Positions 30,101 through 36,265 are shown, counted from the stretch's first letter. The stretch: 64,000 bases of DNA from an uncultured Coriobacteriaceae bacterium (GCA_964388185.1 CAYLYJ010000001.1:25873-89872); one strand, 5' to 3'. Translations and numbers: made by a program. The notes: generated by a model not told the origin, from the letters alone.

Positions 30101-31886
30101 GTACCGCCTGCCGCGTGGCTACGAGATCGACCCCGCGAGCGTGGCCGAGGTGCCGACGATCGGGACCGACGCGAGCGCGAGCGTGCTCAACGTGGTGTAC
30201 CGCCCCGCGAACTTCGAGTACGAGGTGCGCTACTACCGTGATAGCGTGAGCGACGAGGGACTGCTCGGCGTCGAGCGCGGCACGGGGCTGTATCGCAGCG
30301 AGGTGCCGTACACGGCGGGTGCGTTCTTGCCGGCGGGCTACACGGCCGAGGACGCCCAGGTCAGCGGCAACTTGCGCGTGAGCGACGTGCCGGGCAACAA
30401 CGTGCTCAACGTCGTGTACAGCAAGGACGCGCGCCTATCGTACACGGTGAACTACTACGCCGGCTCGATGGATGGCACGCCGATTGCGAGCGTGACCGGC
30501 CAGGGCACCTTCGGTGATACGATCGAGTTCGACAAGGGCGCGTTCTTGCCGGATGGCTACGCGCTGCCGGCGCAGGTGAGCGGCGCTACGACGATTGGCG
30601 CGACGCCCGAGGAGAGCGTCGTCAACGTGGTGTACCCGCTCGGCAGCTATGCCTACGAGGTGCGCTACTACCGTGATAGCGTGGACGGCGAGCTGCTGGG
30701 CACGACGCGCGGCGTGGCGACGTACCTGAGCGCGGTGCCGTACGAAATGGGCGCCTACCTGCCGGTCGGCTACTCTGCCGATGGTGCGCTCGTGGGTGCC
30801 ACGACCGTGGGTTATGACGACGCGGCCAACGTGCTCAACGTAGTGTACGCGCCCGAGCGCTACGGGTTTACGGTGAACTACTACACGGGTAGCGTGGCGA
30901 CGCGCAACCTGATCGCCAGCGAGGCCGGCGATGCGCGCGCGTACGGGTCCGTGGTGGAGCTCTCCGCCGAGGAGCTGAACGCGAAGCGTCCCGAGGGGTA
31001 TGCGGCGCTGACGGCGGGCGCGAGCGTGACGATTAGCGAGAACGAGGGCACCAACGTGGTGAACGTGGTGTTCTATCCCGACTTCGGCGAGTTCTACGCG
31101 GCGGGCGTGGATGCCGTGAGCGCGACGTACGACGGACGCGCGCACTACGTGGCGCCGCGCGCGAACGGCGTGATCGCGGGTGACGTGATCACGTATAGCT
31201 ACCGGGGCGCGGTGCAGACGCGCGTCGTGGGTTCTGGCGAGGCCGGGCTTGCAATCGACGAGATCGGCGCGGCGTTTTCGGAGGTCACGGACGGCGAGGT
31301 GCCGGTGCTCGTGACGATTACGCGTGCGGGAATCACGTCGAACGCCGTAGCCACGAGCGTGCGGATCGCGCCGGCAGTGCTCGGCGGCGATGACGAGCCG
31401 GGCGGCAACGGCGGCAACGAACAGCCGGGTACGGTGCCGGGCGGCAACGGCGGCGGCGCAGCTGGCGGCGCGGGCACGATTGGCGGCGGGCTTGCGGGCG
31501 GCGAGGTGCCGACGATCGGGCCGGCGATTGCGTCGGCGGTGCTGGGCGCGATTGCGGGCGCTGACGAGGCGGGCACGATCGGGCCCGAGCAGGCCGGCTT
31601 CGAGACGATAGCAGACGAGGAGACGCCGTTGGCGAGCTTCCCCGTGACGAATCCGAATGGACCGCATCAGATTGGATACTTGCTGTTCCTGTTGGGTACG
31701 CTGTGCGTGATCGCGATGATCGTGCTGATGGTGATTCGCCGTCGCTACGACAAGCGTATCGCGACGCTGAGCGCCGGCGAGACCGTGCTGGACCGCTACT
31801 ACGCACGGAGGCTGACGTGGGGCGTGCTTGCGACGTGCGGCGCGGCGATCGTGCTGTACGTGCTGTGGAGCGTGCTGCTGATTTGA
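27159..31886 (+). CDS. Membrane-anchored surface repeat protein (1,575 aa): signal peptide, DUF11-like and 11 MucBP-like repeats, Gly-rich tract, two C-terminal TM helices
   Basis: ATG at 27159 lies 6 nt after GGGGAGAGG (27144-27152). The N-terminus MKKQASYSMALRRVLCCVLSFALVFSLSGTSAWA/SE looks like a signal peptide; the track start at 27045 adds 38 non-signal residues. DUF11/conserved-repeat-like segments are present (PGNVVEYEFTITNTGTADLDSIEV). Eleven tandem ~75-90-aa repeats begin [YFW]-x-[IV]-x-Y-[YW] and end N-V-x-x-V-V-Y (about 28573-31075). After an MBG-like SATYDGRAHYV segment and a Gly-rich tract come the helices IGYLLFLLGTLCVIAMIVLMVI-RRRYDKR and LTWGVLATCGAAIVLYVLWSVLLI. Stop at 31884-31886. 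Confidence 0.85.
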   Translation: MKKQASYSMALRRVLCCVLSFALVFSLSGTSAWASELANEVSEQDVTGTSGIQSHSKSTNVTDVPDPLSHPDPQSPSETLDGSAESEANGTSDATDEGDATEDEDSDYDDRYMFVNSRVEKAAGNEHADVAEVGDTIVYTVMVCGLGDDFESATVSDTLGVWNGEKVSSYGSDPAYVEFEGRHVVSAQDVASESLENRVSVTGYEPAFAWVSTAIPAAPVPVADYTVDLAGTYAPERNVIDYDLTITNTGTLDLSDLTLSTTLAINDAEIDASELLSYPSDMGGLPESIDVAVGETLTLHPRVVIPYDYFEAEQQPVVALDVIVGNPASMGQTASARCVTNAYVELVRDWRVDVATHLYDALGNELTGENPAVPGNVVEYEFTITNTGTADLDSIEVTSLTDRLVPAKAWETSSLMPSESVSYVGRYVVTDDDVAVKEDGSMGTIYAEARVSVDGVESVHGSEAYKVANEYGYTIRYWLDEGFDNDEDAKPELLDEVSGAAAFGSVIELAGGMEPGEFGYLCPEGYKGDYEALVVGSDEASNVLDVTYSRGEYGWRVKYYADSVAADNLIDVRESTALLGERVELSVNELNAALPDGYMALGPEASQAITVGLDEAANEMTVVYERDSFDYTINYYVDDTEGAPVATLQGSATFGDTVTVGQGTEQGELNYALPAGYVALVEAQTLTVGSDEAANVIDVVYATKRSDLSFTIAYYGGVMGADGTVTAGELLDEVTVAGVGTLGETVTVGAELLNLALPADGRYLPMGDDESASVLIEADESKNRLEVVYVPASFEYTVSYYVDSVGEYNLVGEESGSAPFGSRVTPDSELLNRYLPALGYDAVVANEDDYSILITTDVASNHLNVVYTRAKYDYAVNYYADAVAPENLLGSFTGSASWGRPLVVTNTSVNRYVPDGYASLEGTRSITISEDEGLNVINIVYGKRTDLPYTVNYYVDSVDGELLGSVAGTGTFGEPIPYDAEYRLPRGYEIDPASVAEVPTIGTDASASVLNVVYRPANFEYEVRYYRDSVSDEGLLGVERGTGLYRSEVPYTAGAFLPAGYTAEDAQVSGNLRVSDVPGNNVLNVVYSKDARLSYTVNYYAGSMDGTPIASVTGQGTFGDTIEFDKGAFLPDGYALPAQVSGATTIGATPEESVVNVVYPLGSYAYEVRYYRDSVDGELLGTTRGVATYLSAVPYEMGAYLPVGYSADGALVGATTVGYDDAANVLNVVYAPERYGFTVNYYTGSVATRNLIASEAGDARAYGSVVELSAEELNAKRPEGYAALTAGASVTISENEGTNVVNVVFYPDFGEFYAAGVDAVSATYDGRAHYVAPRANGVIAGDVITYSYRGAVQTRVVGSGEAGLAIDEIGAAFSEVTDGEVPVLVTITRAGITSNAVATSVRIAPAVLGGDDEPGGNGGNEQPGTVPGGNGGGAAGGAGTIGGGLAGGEVPTIGPAIASAVLGAIAGADEAGTIGPEQAGFETIADEETPLASFPVTNPNGPHQIGYLLFLLGTLCVIAMIVLMVIRRRYDKRIATLSAGETVLDRYYARRLTWGVLATCGAAIVLYVLWSVLLI
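27294..27366 (+). repeat. Two degenerate REP-like sequences embedded in coding DNA of the 27159 gene
   Basis: The sequences are gtgacaggaacgtcaggcatccagtcac (27294-27321) and gtgacagatgtgcctgaccctctgtcac (27339-27366). Both keep the GTGACAG...TCAC / GTGACAG..CCTGACC.CTGTCAC framework of the island REP. They translate as DVTGTSGIQSH and NVTDVPDPLSH, compared with VTGVRPLSH for an intact REP. Confidence 0.5.
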
Positions 31887-31964
31887 CGCCGCTGCGCGTG
31901 GTGGTGCCGGGGCGGCACCGCTGACGCGGAAAACGGTGGCGCCGCTAACGCGGCTGAGATACAT

Positions 31965-31992
31965 GTGCCAGGGGGCCAGCCCCCCCCGGCAC
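31965..31992. repeat. REP-like palindrome, divergent variant
   Basis: GTGCCAGGGGG-CCAG-CCCCCCCGGCAC is an imperfect palindrome with the same G-run/C-run layout as the canonical REP. It lies 8 nt before a canonical copy. Confidence 0.6.
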
Positions 31993-32000
31993 ACTTTAAC

Positions 32001-32025
32001 GTGACAGGGGTCAGGCCCCTGTCAC
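32001..32025 (+). repeat. REP-like 25-nt palindromic hairpin element (also a plausible intrinsic terminator for the 27159 gene)
   Basis: GTGACAGGGG-TCAGG-CCCCTGTCAC read directly. It is followed immediately by GTTTTGTTTT, and it is the only copy with a clear T-tract. Confidence 0.9.
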
Positions 32026-32058
32026 GTTTTGTTTTGGGTCGCGGGGGCCGGCGGGAAT

Positions 32059-32083
32059 GTGTCAGGGGTCAGGCCCCTGTCAC
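32059..32083 (+). repeat. REP-like palindromic element (1 mismatch)
   Basis: GTGTCAGGGG-TCAGG-CCCCTGTCAC; the left arm has A>T. Confidence 0.85.
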
Positions 32084-32247
32084 ATTCGGGAGGTGCCGGT
32101 CAGGGGTGTAAAGCATGGCTGCTAAGTGGCTGGTCAGAGGGTCACGAGGCGCGGATTTTGGGTGTGTGGATGTATAGCAAATCGGGTGCTATCTCCGCAG
32201 GTCAGAGGCGTATAGCACGGCGATTTTCGAGGATGTGGGGGAGAGAT

Positions 32248-32272
32248 GTGACAGGGGCCAGGCCCCTGTCAC
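32248..32272. repeat. REP-like palindromic element (loop variant)
   Basis: GTGACAGGGG-CCAGG-CCCCTGTCAC; perfect 10-bp arms with loop CCAGG. Confidence 0.9.
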
Positions 32273-32391
32273 ATGGGGCGGCTTCGTCCGCAACCTGCTC
32301 GGGCGGAAGCCGGATTTCGCCCGGAAGAAAACCGGCGATTCCACGATTCCCGTTCGGCGAAACTGTCAGATCCGCTTGCTACGATTGCCCG

Positions 32392-32814
32392 ATGAACGGC
32401 GAGCGCGACATACGGGCCGAGAGGCGAGGACAGGCTTGCGGGAGGGTGATCATCCCGCCGGACGTGAACCTGTGGCCCCACGAGCTCAGGACCGCCGACG
32501 CGCTGGCGAGGGCGGGGCACGTGGTCGAGTTCGTGCGCAAGAACGACACGCCGCACGAAAAGACGGCGGATGCTCTTGTAGACGGCGTCCTGTGGGAGTT
32601 CAAGGCGCCGAGGTCGAGCCATCTGAGCGCCGTCGAGCGCAACCTGAAGAAGGGGCGTTGGCAATCAGAACGCATTGTATTTGACGGCAGGCGCATGAAG
32701 CGGCTGCCTGATTACGCAATTGAGCGAGAAGTTCGCACAAGAGCATATAGGATTCCGCATATCAGGAAGCTGCTTTACGTAAATAAGCAAGGGCAAATCA
32801 TTGACATAAAATGA
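32392..32814 (+). CDS. Small basic protein with a PD-(D/E)xK-like nuclease motif (CdiA-CT/toxin-domain-like), 140 aa
   Basis: ATG at 32392. The upstream 121 codons of track ORF 32029..32814 run through three REPs and are rejected. The sequence ...HELRTADALARAGHVVEFVRKNDTPHEKTADALVDGVLWEFKAP...GRWQSERIVFDG... carries a D-x(n)-E-x-K core (D..DGVLWEFK). From memory it resembles stand-alone CdiA-CT tRNase-like toxin domains. A TACGAT hexamer 6 nt before the ATG is conserved with the copy at 41180-41185, which suggests a possible leaderless mRNA. Confidence 0.55.
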   Translation: MNGERDIRAERRGQACGRVIIPPDVNLWPHELRTADALARAGHVVEFVRKNDTPHEKTADALVDGVLWEFKAPRSSHLSAVERNLKKGRWQSERIVFDGRRMKRLPDYAIEREVRTRAYRIPHIRKLLYVNKQGQIIDIK

Positions 32815-32839
32815 TTGTGCGCCTACAATTACTACCAGT

Positions 32840-32887
32840 AAAGCGCCGGAAAGGTACGTTAGTTACCTCCTCGGGCGCTTTCTTTTT
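32840..32887 (+). terminator. Intrinsic terminator-like hairpin after the 32392 gene
   Basis: AAAGCGCC (32840-32847) pairs with GGCGCTTT (32874-32881) around an imperfect inner stem, followed by CTTTTT. Confidence 0.6.
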
Positions 32888-32898
32888 ATGCGCAGAAC

Positions 32899-32942
32899 GT
32901 GACAGGGGTCAGGGAATGTGACAGGGGTCAGGCCCCTGTCAC
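32899..32942 (+). repeat. Half-REP plus full REP
   Basis: Half site GTGACAGGGGTCAGGG (32899-32914), then GTGACAGGGG-TCAGG-CCCCTGTCAC (32918-32942). Confidence 0.9.
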
Positions 32943-32995
32943 ATAAAGGCAGATCATTGACATTGGAAGAGGTCAGGAGATACAATAACCTCAGT

Positions 32996-33044
32996 AAAGC
33001 GCCGGAAAGGTACGTTAGTTTACCTCCTCGGGCGCTTTCTTTTA
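32996..33044 (+). terminator. Second copy of the terminator-like hairpin (part of a ~156-bp tandem duplication)
   Basis: It has the same AAAGCGCC...GGCGCTTT hairpin plus T-tract as 32840-32887, offset by 156 nt. The flanks also match (ggcaaatcattgacat at 32792 versus ggcagatcattgacat at 32948). Confidence 0.55.
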
Positions 33045-33054
33045 TGCGCAGTAC

Positions 33055-33079
33055 GTGACAGGGGCCTGCTCCCTGTCAC
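33055..33079 (-). repeat. REP-like palindromic element (variant)
   Basis: GTGACAGGGG-CCTGC-TCCCTGTCAC. Confidence 0.8.
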
Positions 33080-33115
33080 ATCGACGCGTTGGCAAGGGCG
33101 CGGCGTCGGATTGGT

Positions 33116-33141
33116 AAAAGAAAAGCCGCCCATGAGGCGGC
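33116..33141 (-). terminator. Rho-independent terminator for the minus-strand 33881-33167 operon
   Basis: The minus strand reads GCCGCC-TCATG-GGCGGC followed by TTTTCTTTT (plus strand aaaagaaaa gccgcc catga ggcggc). Confidence 0.7.
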
Positions 33142-33166
33142 CAGTCAGCACATATGTTCAAGCTAA

Positions 33167-33331
33167 CTATGCTGTGGTAATTTTAGCCGATTCAGCCGTA
33201 ATTCCAGCTTCCTCCTCCGGCTGTTGCGTCGGTGCGTCACCACTGCTTATCTCAGAGATAAAGATGTCACCGTTTCCGTCACTCGGAAACATGTCCCAGA
33301 AAGCCTTTCCGTGATCAGGTAAGTTCTTCAT
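33167..33331 (-). CDS. Possible 54-aa acidic microprotein overlapping the end of the JAB-like gene
   Basis: ATG at 33331 lies inside the last codons of the upstream gene (..ACA TAT GAA GAA CTT ACC TGA). The product is MKNLPDHGKAFWDMFPSDGNGDIFISEISSGDAPTQQPEEEAGITAESAKITTA. It ends 26 nt before the terminator. I recognise no homology. Confidence 0.3.
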   Translation of the reverse strand: MKNLPDHGKAFWDMFPSDGNGDIFISEISSGDAPTQQPEEEAGITAESAKITTA

Positions 33332-33881
33332 ATGTGACACCGTATCTTCGCTCGAGCGCCTTTGCCAGAGTATTGCTCCGGTCTCTCGACTCATAATACA
33401 TCAGATTCCTCAATATGAAGCTGTCTATCTCGTCGCCTCTTCCGGATTGCACAACGTCATTGAGCTTTTCCGCATCGGAGACACGATAGCGGATGACGCG
33501 GCCGTCATGGCAGGCAATCAGTCCGTATCTGAACGATCTGTGACTTACGAGGAGAAAATCCTTGAAGCTCGGCGGCATGCTCTCTGGGTGGTTATGCGCG
33601 GATATGAGGTCGCCGCGTTTTGCATTGTCTATTACGCGGATGTTCTCCCTCGACAGGGCGGCCATCTTTGGTTCCGATGAGGATGTCATCTTCGTGACGA
33701 CAGTCTTGCTACTTGCGCTTATAGCCGCGAAGTCCTCCATGACAGAACCGCTTCTGTGACGAAGCATGTCTCTTGCCGTGTCGCAAGCCGCGTCTCCCAG
33801 TTCATCGTCATCGAAGAAGTCGAATGCTCGCCTATATCCAGGTGAGCCTATTTCATCGAGATTGACGTTTGGGGTACGCAT
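33315..33881 (-). CDS. JAB/MPN (RadC-like) domain protein, 188 aa
   Basis: ATG at 33881 (the track starts one TTG codon earlier) sits after a purine-rich GGAAAGAAAG. The motif ISAHNHPESMPPSFKDF...GLIACHDGRVIRYRVS resembles the JAMM/RadC signature HNHPSGxxxPSxxD...DH, with one residue fewer between HxH and S. Confidence 0.45.
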   Translation of the reverse strand: MRTPNVNLDEIGSPGYRRAFDFFDDDELGDAACDTARDMLRHRSGSVMEDFAAISASSKTVVTKMTSSSEPKMAALSRENIRVIDNAKRGDLISAHNHPESMPPSFKDFLLVSHRSFRYGLIACHDGRVIRYRVSDAEKLNDVVQSGRGDEIDSFILRNLMYYESRDRSNTLAKALERRYGVTYEELT

Positions 33882-33923
33882 CAAATTCTTTCTTTCCTGC
33901 CGCCGTTGTGGTTCCTGGGCTAT

Positions 33924-33948
33924 GTGACAGGGGCCTGACCCCTGTCAC
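33924..33948 (-). repeat. REP-like 25-nt palindromic hairpin element
   Basis: GTGACAGGGG-CCTGA-CCCCTGTCAC read directly; 22 nt from the stop of the 33971 gene. Confidence 0.9.
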
Positions 33949-33970
33949 ATAAGGGTAAGGGAATAGATGT

Positions 33971-34624
33971 TTAGGGCAGGTCTAGTCCATTACTTTCTGC
34001 AACCTGTTTGATAACGAGCAATTTGTCTTCGGGAAGCTCTGCAAGATGGATTCGCAAGGCTTCCTGCTCCTGACAATTCTGTTTAATGAACCTTGGGAGT
34101 TCTCGTACGGCTTCTATGTCTTTAGGACGCTTTGTCTCTGGCCGCCTATTCGGGTTAATAAAAAGCTTGTGCGCGATATAAGATGCGGGGGTTGGGACTA
34201 TAAGGTGGTATCCTCGAACATCGATATTCATCGGGCAAAGCATATCCATATTGTCTAGGCTTTCAGCAGATATCCCTGTAAGAGGCAGTTCGTAAATCCC
34301 TTTTCCTTTGAAGGAGCTCAATAGGAATTCAACTTCTATGCCTTCTTTGAAGAATGAGCTTCCTGCACCAGGGTTTTCATAGAAGATGAATCCACTCTCG
34401 CGCAACGCCCAGCGCAGGTTTTCTGCCCCGTCTATTTCCAGAAAAGGGTTTATGTAGTACACGTCTATGTCATGTGTTCTGATATTGGGCAAAAAGTTAT
34501 CTTCAAAATAGTTCGCATAAAGGTACTCGGCCCAACTGCCGATAACCATGATATTTCTCAGGAATCCCGATTTATCGAGAACATCGATGAGATCCCAGAA
34601 AATGTCTTCGCGCGGTGAGTTCAT
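33971..34624 (-). CDS. Nucleotidyltransferase-fold protein (AbiEii/MNT-like toxin candidate), 217 aa
   Basis: Minimal NTase signature: VIGSWAEY...THDIDVYY (G-S ... D-x-D). The start MNSPRED at 34624 overlaps the upstream stop as ATGA (AAATGAAC), indicating translational coupling. The region is visibly AT-richer than its flanks. Confidence 0.55.
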   Translation of the reverse strand: MNSPREDIFWDLIDVLDKSGFLRNIMVIGSWAEYLYANYFEDNFLPNIRTHDIDVYYINPFLEIDGAENLRWALRESGFIFYENPGAGSSFFKEGIEVEFLLSSFKGKGIYELPLTGISAESLDNMDMLCPMNIDVRGYHLIVPTPASYIAHKLFINPNRRPETKRPKDIEAVRELPRFIKQNCQEQEALRIHLAELPEDKLLVIKQVAESNGLDLP

Positions 34625-34947
34625 TTGTGTCTCAGGGCCTTCTCGATGAAACATTGCTCTTGCTTGAGTCGCTTTAGCGTAAGCTCAAGCTGCTTTCGGT
34701 GCTCGACTTGCTGTCTAAGGCTAGATTCGACCTGTGCAGCGCGCCCGACGTAGTCGGTTACAACACGATTGCCGACGCGATGCTTGAGGTAGCAATATCT
34801 GTGATTGCTCCGCGTCTTGATTGCAACGCTGCCTTTCGGCAGAGAGGCAATCTCGGATTGGTAGGCTTCTTGTGCTCGGATGTTCCGGTCGAGCTCCTCA
34901 CGAAGTGTGTCTTTTATAATGTTAGATTCAGCCAACTGTTGCCCCAC
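34621..34947 (-). CDS. 108-aa coiled-coil/basic protein, putative cognate partner of the NTase
   Basis: GTG start at 34947. The product contains KTRSNHRYCYLKHRVGNRVVTDYVGR and a heptad-like C-terminus. It has a 4-nt ATGA overlap with the NTase gene. A perfect TATAAT lies on the minus strand at 34985-34980, upstream. Confidence 0.5.
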   Translation of the reverse strand: MGQQLAESNIIKDTLREELDRNIRAQEAYQSEIASLPKGSVAIKTRSNHRYCYLKHRVGNRVVTDYVGRAAQVESSLRQQVEHRKQLELTLKRLKQEQCFIEKALRHK

Positions 34948-35023
34948 AATTTGATAAAACGGGTGATTTGTAGGGCAACATTATAGCTAAAGTACAGCGG
35001 AGATAAAACGCAGGTATGCGAAC

Positions 35024-35048
35024 GTGACAGGGGCCTGACCCCTGTCAC
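35024..35048 (-). repeat. REP-like 25-nt palindromic hairpin element
   Basis: GTGACAGGGG-CCTGA-CCCCTGTCAC read directly. Confidence 0.9.
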
Positions 35049-35050
35049 GC

Positions 35051-35800
35051 TTAGCAGCGCTGGATGATGCCCCTGCCTATGCCAGTCATTCGCTCTATCT
35101 GGCGTATTGATAGCCCGCATGCCTTGAGCTTGCAGATCGACGTGTCACGGAAGCGCTTGTCCTTCGTCAAAAGCAGCTCCCTCCACTCCGGGCCAAGCTC
35201 GTGCTCGGCTATCCGCAAGGCCCTGCCGTTGCTTGGCTTTGCGGGTTGCCGGGGTTTTGTCTCGATCTCGATGTGGGCGTCAGTCGCCATTGCGTGAAAC
35301 GCCTGGAAGGCCGCCAGGTTGTCAAACATGCCGCTCACGAGAGTGATATCGCATATGTTGGGCTGGCCCGTGTACTCCTGGTAGCTGCTCCACGCGTAGT
35401 CGAGCGACTCGCAAAGACCGCCCTCGATCGGGTTTCGGTGTATGTAGCGCACGACCGTGAGCAGCTGCTCGTCGCTCTCTATGCCCTGGCTGCCGAACCG
35501 CCCTTGGAAAAGGTGCCCCGTGTGCCGGTGGCATTTGTTGAAATAGCTCGCGTAGGTTGACTGAAGCGTGCGCATGAACGATGAGATGGCCGTGATCGGG
35601 GCTTGTAGTAGCAGATGGACGTGGTTATCCATGAGAACCCACGCGAGGACCGTAACGTGAAGCGAGTCCGAGAAGCGGGCGATCAGCTCTAGGAACTCGA
35701 GGCGGTCGTCGTTGTCTTCGAAGATAAACTGGCGTCCCACACCGCGGTTGAACACATGATAGACGCCGCTTGTGCATTCAGATCGCATGATACGGGACAT
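35051..35800 (-). CDS. rayT: IS200/IS605-family Y1 HUH transposase of the REP-associated (RAYT) type with C-terminal HTH, 249 aa
   Basis: HUH motif in MDNHVHLLL; catalytic-Tyr motif in VVRYIHRNP; overall COG1943-like sequence (YHVFNRG...FEDDDDR...GHLFQGRF). The C-terminal ACGLSIRQIERMTGIGRGIIQRC looks like a DnaA-domain-IV-like HTH. A strong SD (AGGAAGGAGGACC) precedes the ATG at 35800. Confidence 0.85.
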   Translation of the reverse strand: MSRIMRSECTSGVYHVFNRGVGRQFIFEDNDDRLEFLELIARFSDSLHVTVLAWVLMDNHVHLLLQAPITAISSFMRTLQSTYASYFNKCHRHTGHLFQGRFGSQGIESDEQLLTVVRYIHRNPIEGGLCESLDYAWSSYQEYTGQPNICDITLVSGMFDNLAAFQAFHAMATDAHIEIETKPRQPAKPSNGRALRIAEHELGPEWRELLLTKDKRFRDTSICKLKACGLSIRQIERMTGIGRGIIQRC

Positions 35801-35821
35801 GGTCCTCCTTCCTGGACGTAT

Positions 35822-35846
35822 GTGACAGGGGCCTGACCCCTGTCAC
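35822..35846 (-). repeat. REP-like 25-nt palindromic hairpin element
   Basis: GTGACAGGGG-CCTGA-CCCCTGTCAC read directly. Confidence 0.9.
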
Positions 35847-35980
35847 ACCGCGCGCGGGTTTGTGCCGCTGAGCGGGGGAATCGTAGCACGGGAGCATCCG
35901 GGCGAAACACCCCCACAACCTGAACGGGTTCGGGATGATTTCGGTGCAATTTAGGAGTCTGTGCCGAGCGCGATAGGAAT

Positions 35981-36005
35981 GTGACAGGGGCCTGACCCCT
36001 GTCAC
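35981..36005 (-). repeat. REP-like 25-nt palindromic hairpin element
   Basis: GTGACAGGGG-CCTGA-CCCCTGTCAC with AAT/ATT flanks extending the palindrome. Confidence 0.9.
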
Positions 36006-36145
36006 ATTTCGGGGAAGCGCGACCGTTGCAGGAGAGACCTTAAACCGCCCCGCAAAGGCACGAAGCGCGCGTGGGGCGCCTGTTGCGCCGCGATCGGACG
36101 TCCGAGGCCTTCACGTGCGCGATCCGTGCCTTTACGGGGCGGACA

Positions 36146-36239
36146 GAGCCGGGCAAGCGTACCTGGGCTTGCCCGGCTCATCCCACGACAGGGCGAAGGC
36201 GCTGCCGCGGCAGTGCAATTTGCCCTACGCAAATTGCAC
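36146..36239. other. Two perfect hairpins in a gene-less REP-bounded slot
   Basis: GAGCCGGGCAAGC-gtacctgg-GCTTGCCCGGCTC (36146-36179, 13-bp stem) and GTGCAATTTGC-cctac-GCAAATTGCAC (36213-36239, 11-bp stem). There is no convincing ORF between REPs 36005 and 36266. Confidence 0.6.
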
Positions 36240-36265
36240 GTGGCTCACCAACGCGGGCAGGGGAC

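Larger units (their letters stand above)
35024..35846 (-). mobile_element. Candidate REPtron: RAYT-type transposase gene flanked by two REPs
   Basis: REP 35024-35048 ends 2 nt from the stop codon. REP 35822-35846 begins 21 nt upstream of the ATG. Both are perfect copies. Confidence 0.6.

Noticed and set aside
27381-31994. Minus-strand ORFs 27381..29744 and 30435..31994, and numerous 60-200-aa ORFs in all frames across the giant genes
   Set aside because: They are high-GC frame artefacts overlapping a well-supported plus-strand gene. Their translations are Arg/Ala/His-rich and low in complexity.
32029-32391. N-terminal 121 codons of track ORF 32029..32814, and similar small ORFs encoding VTGVRPLSH / CDRGQAPVT / VTGAWHLSR peptides (e.g. 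35689..35949, 35778..36005, 36002..36232, 37650..37880, 40779..41009, 45408..45704)
   Set aside because: These frames are open only because they run through REP palindromes and GC-rich spacers. They lack RBS or start context and show no conservation beyond the repeats themselves.
36229-36240. Identical 12-mer GCAAATTGCACG at 36229-36240 and at the higB start (42418-42429), considered as a shared HigA operator
   Set aside because: By rough expectation, many chance 12-mer matches should occur within 64 kb on two strands, so the match alone is not significant.
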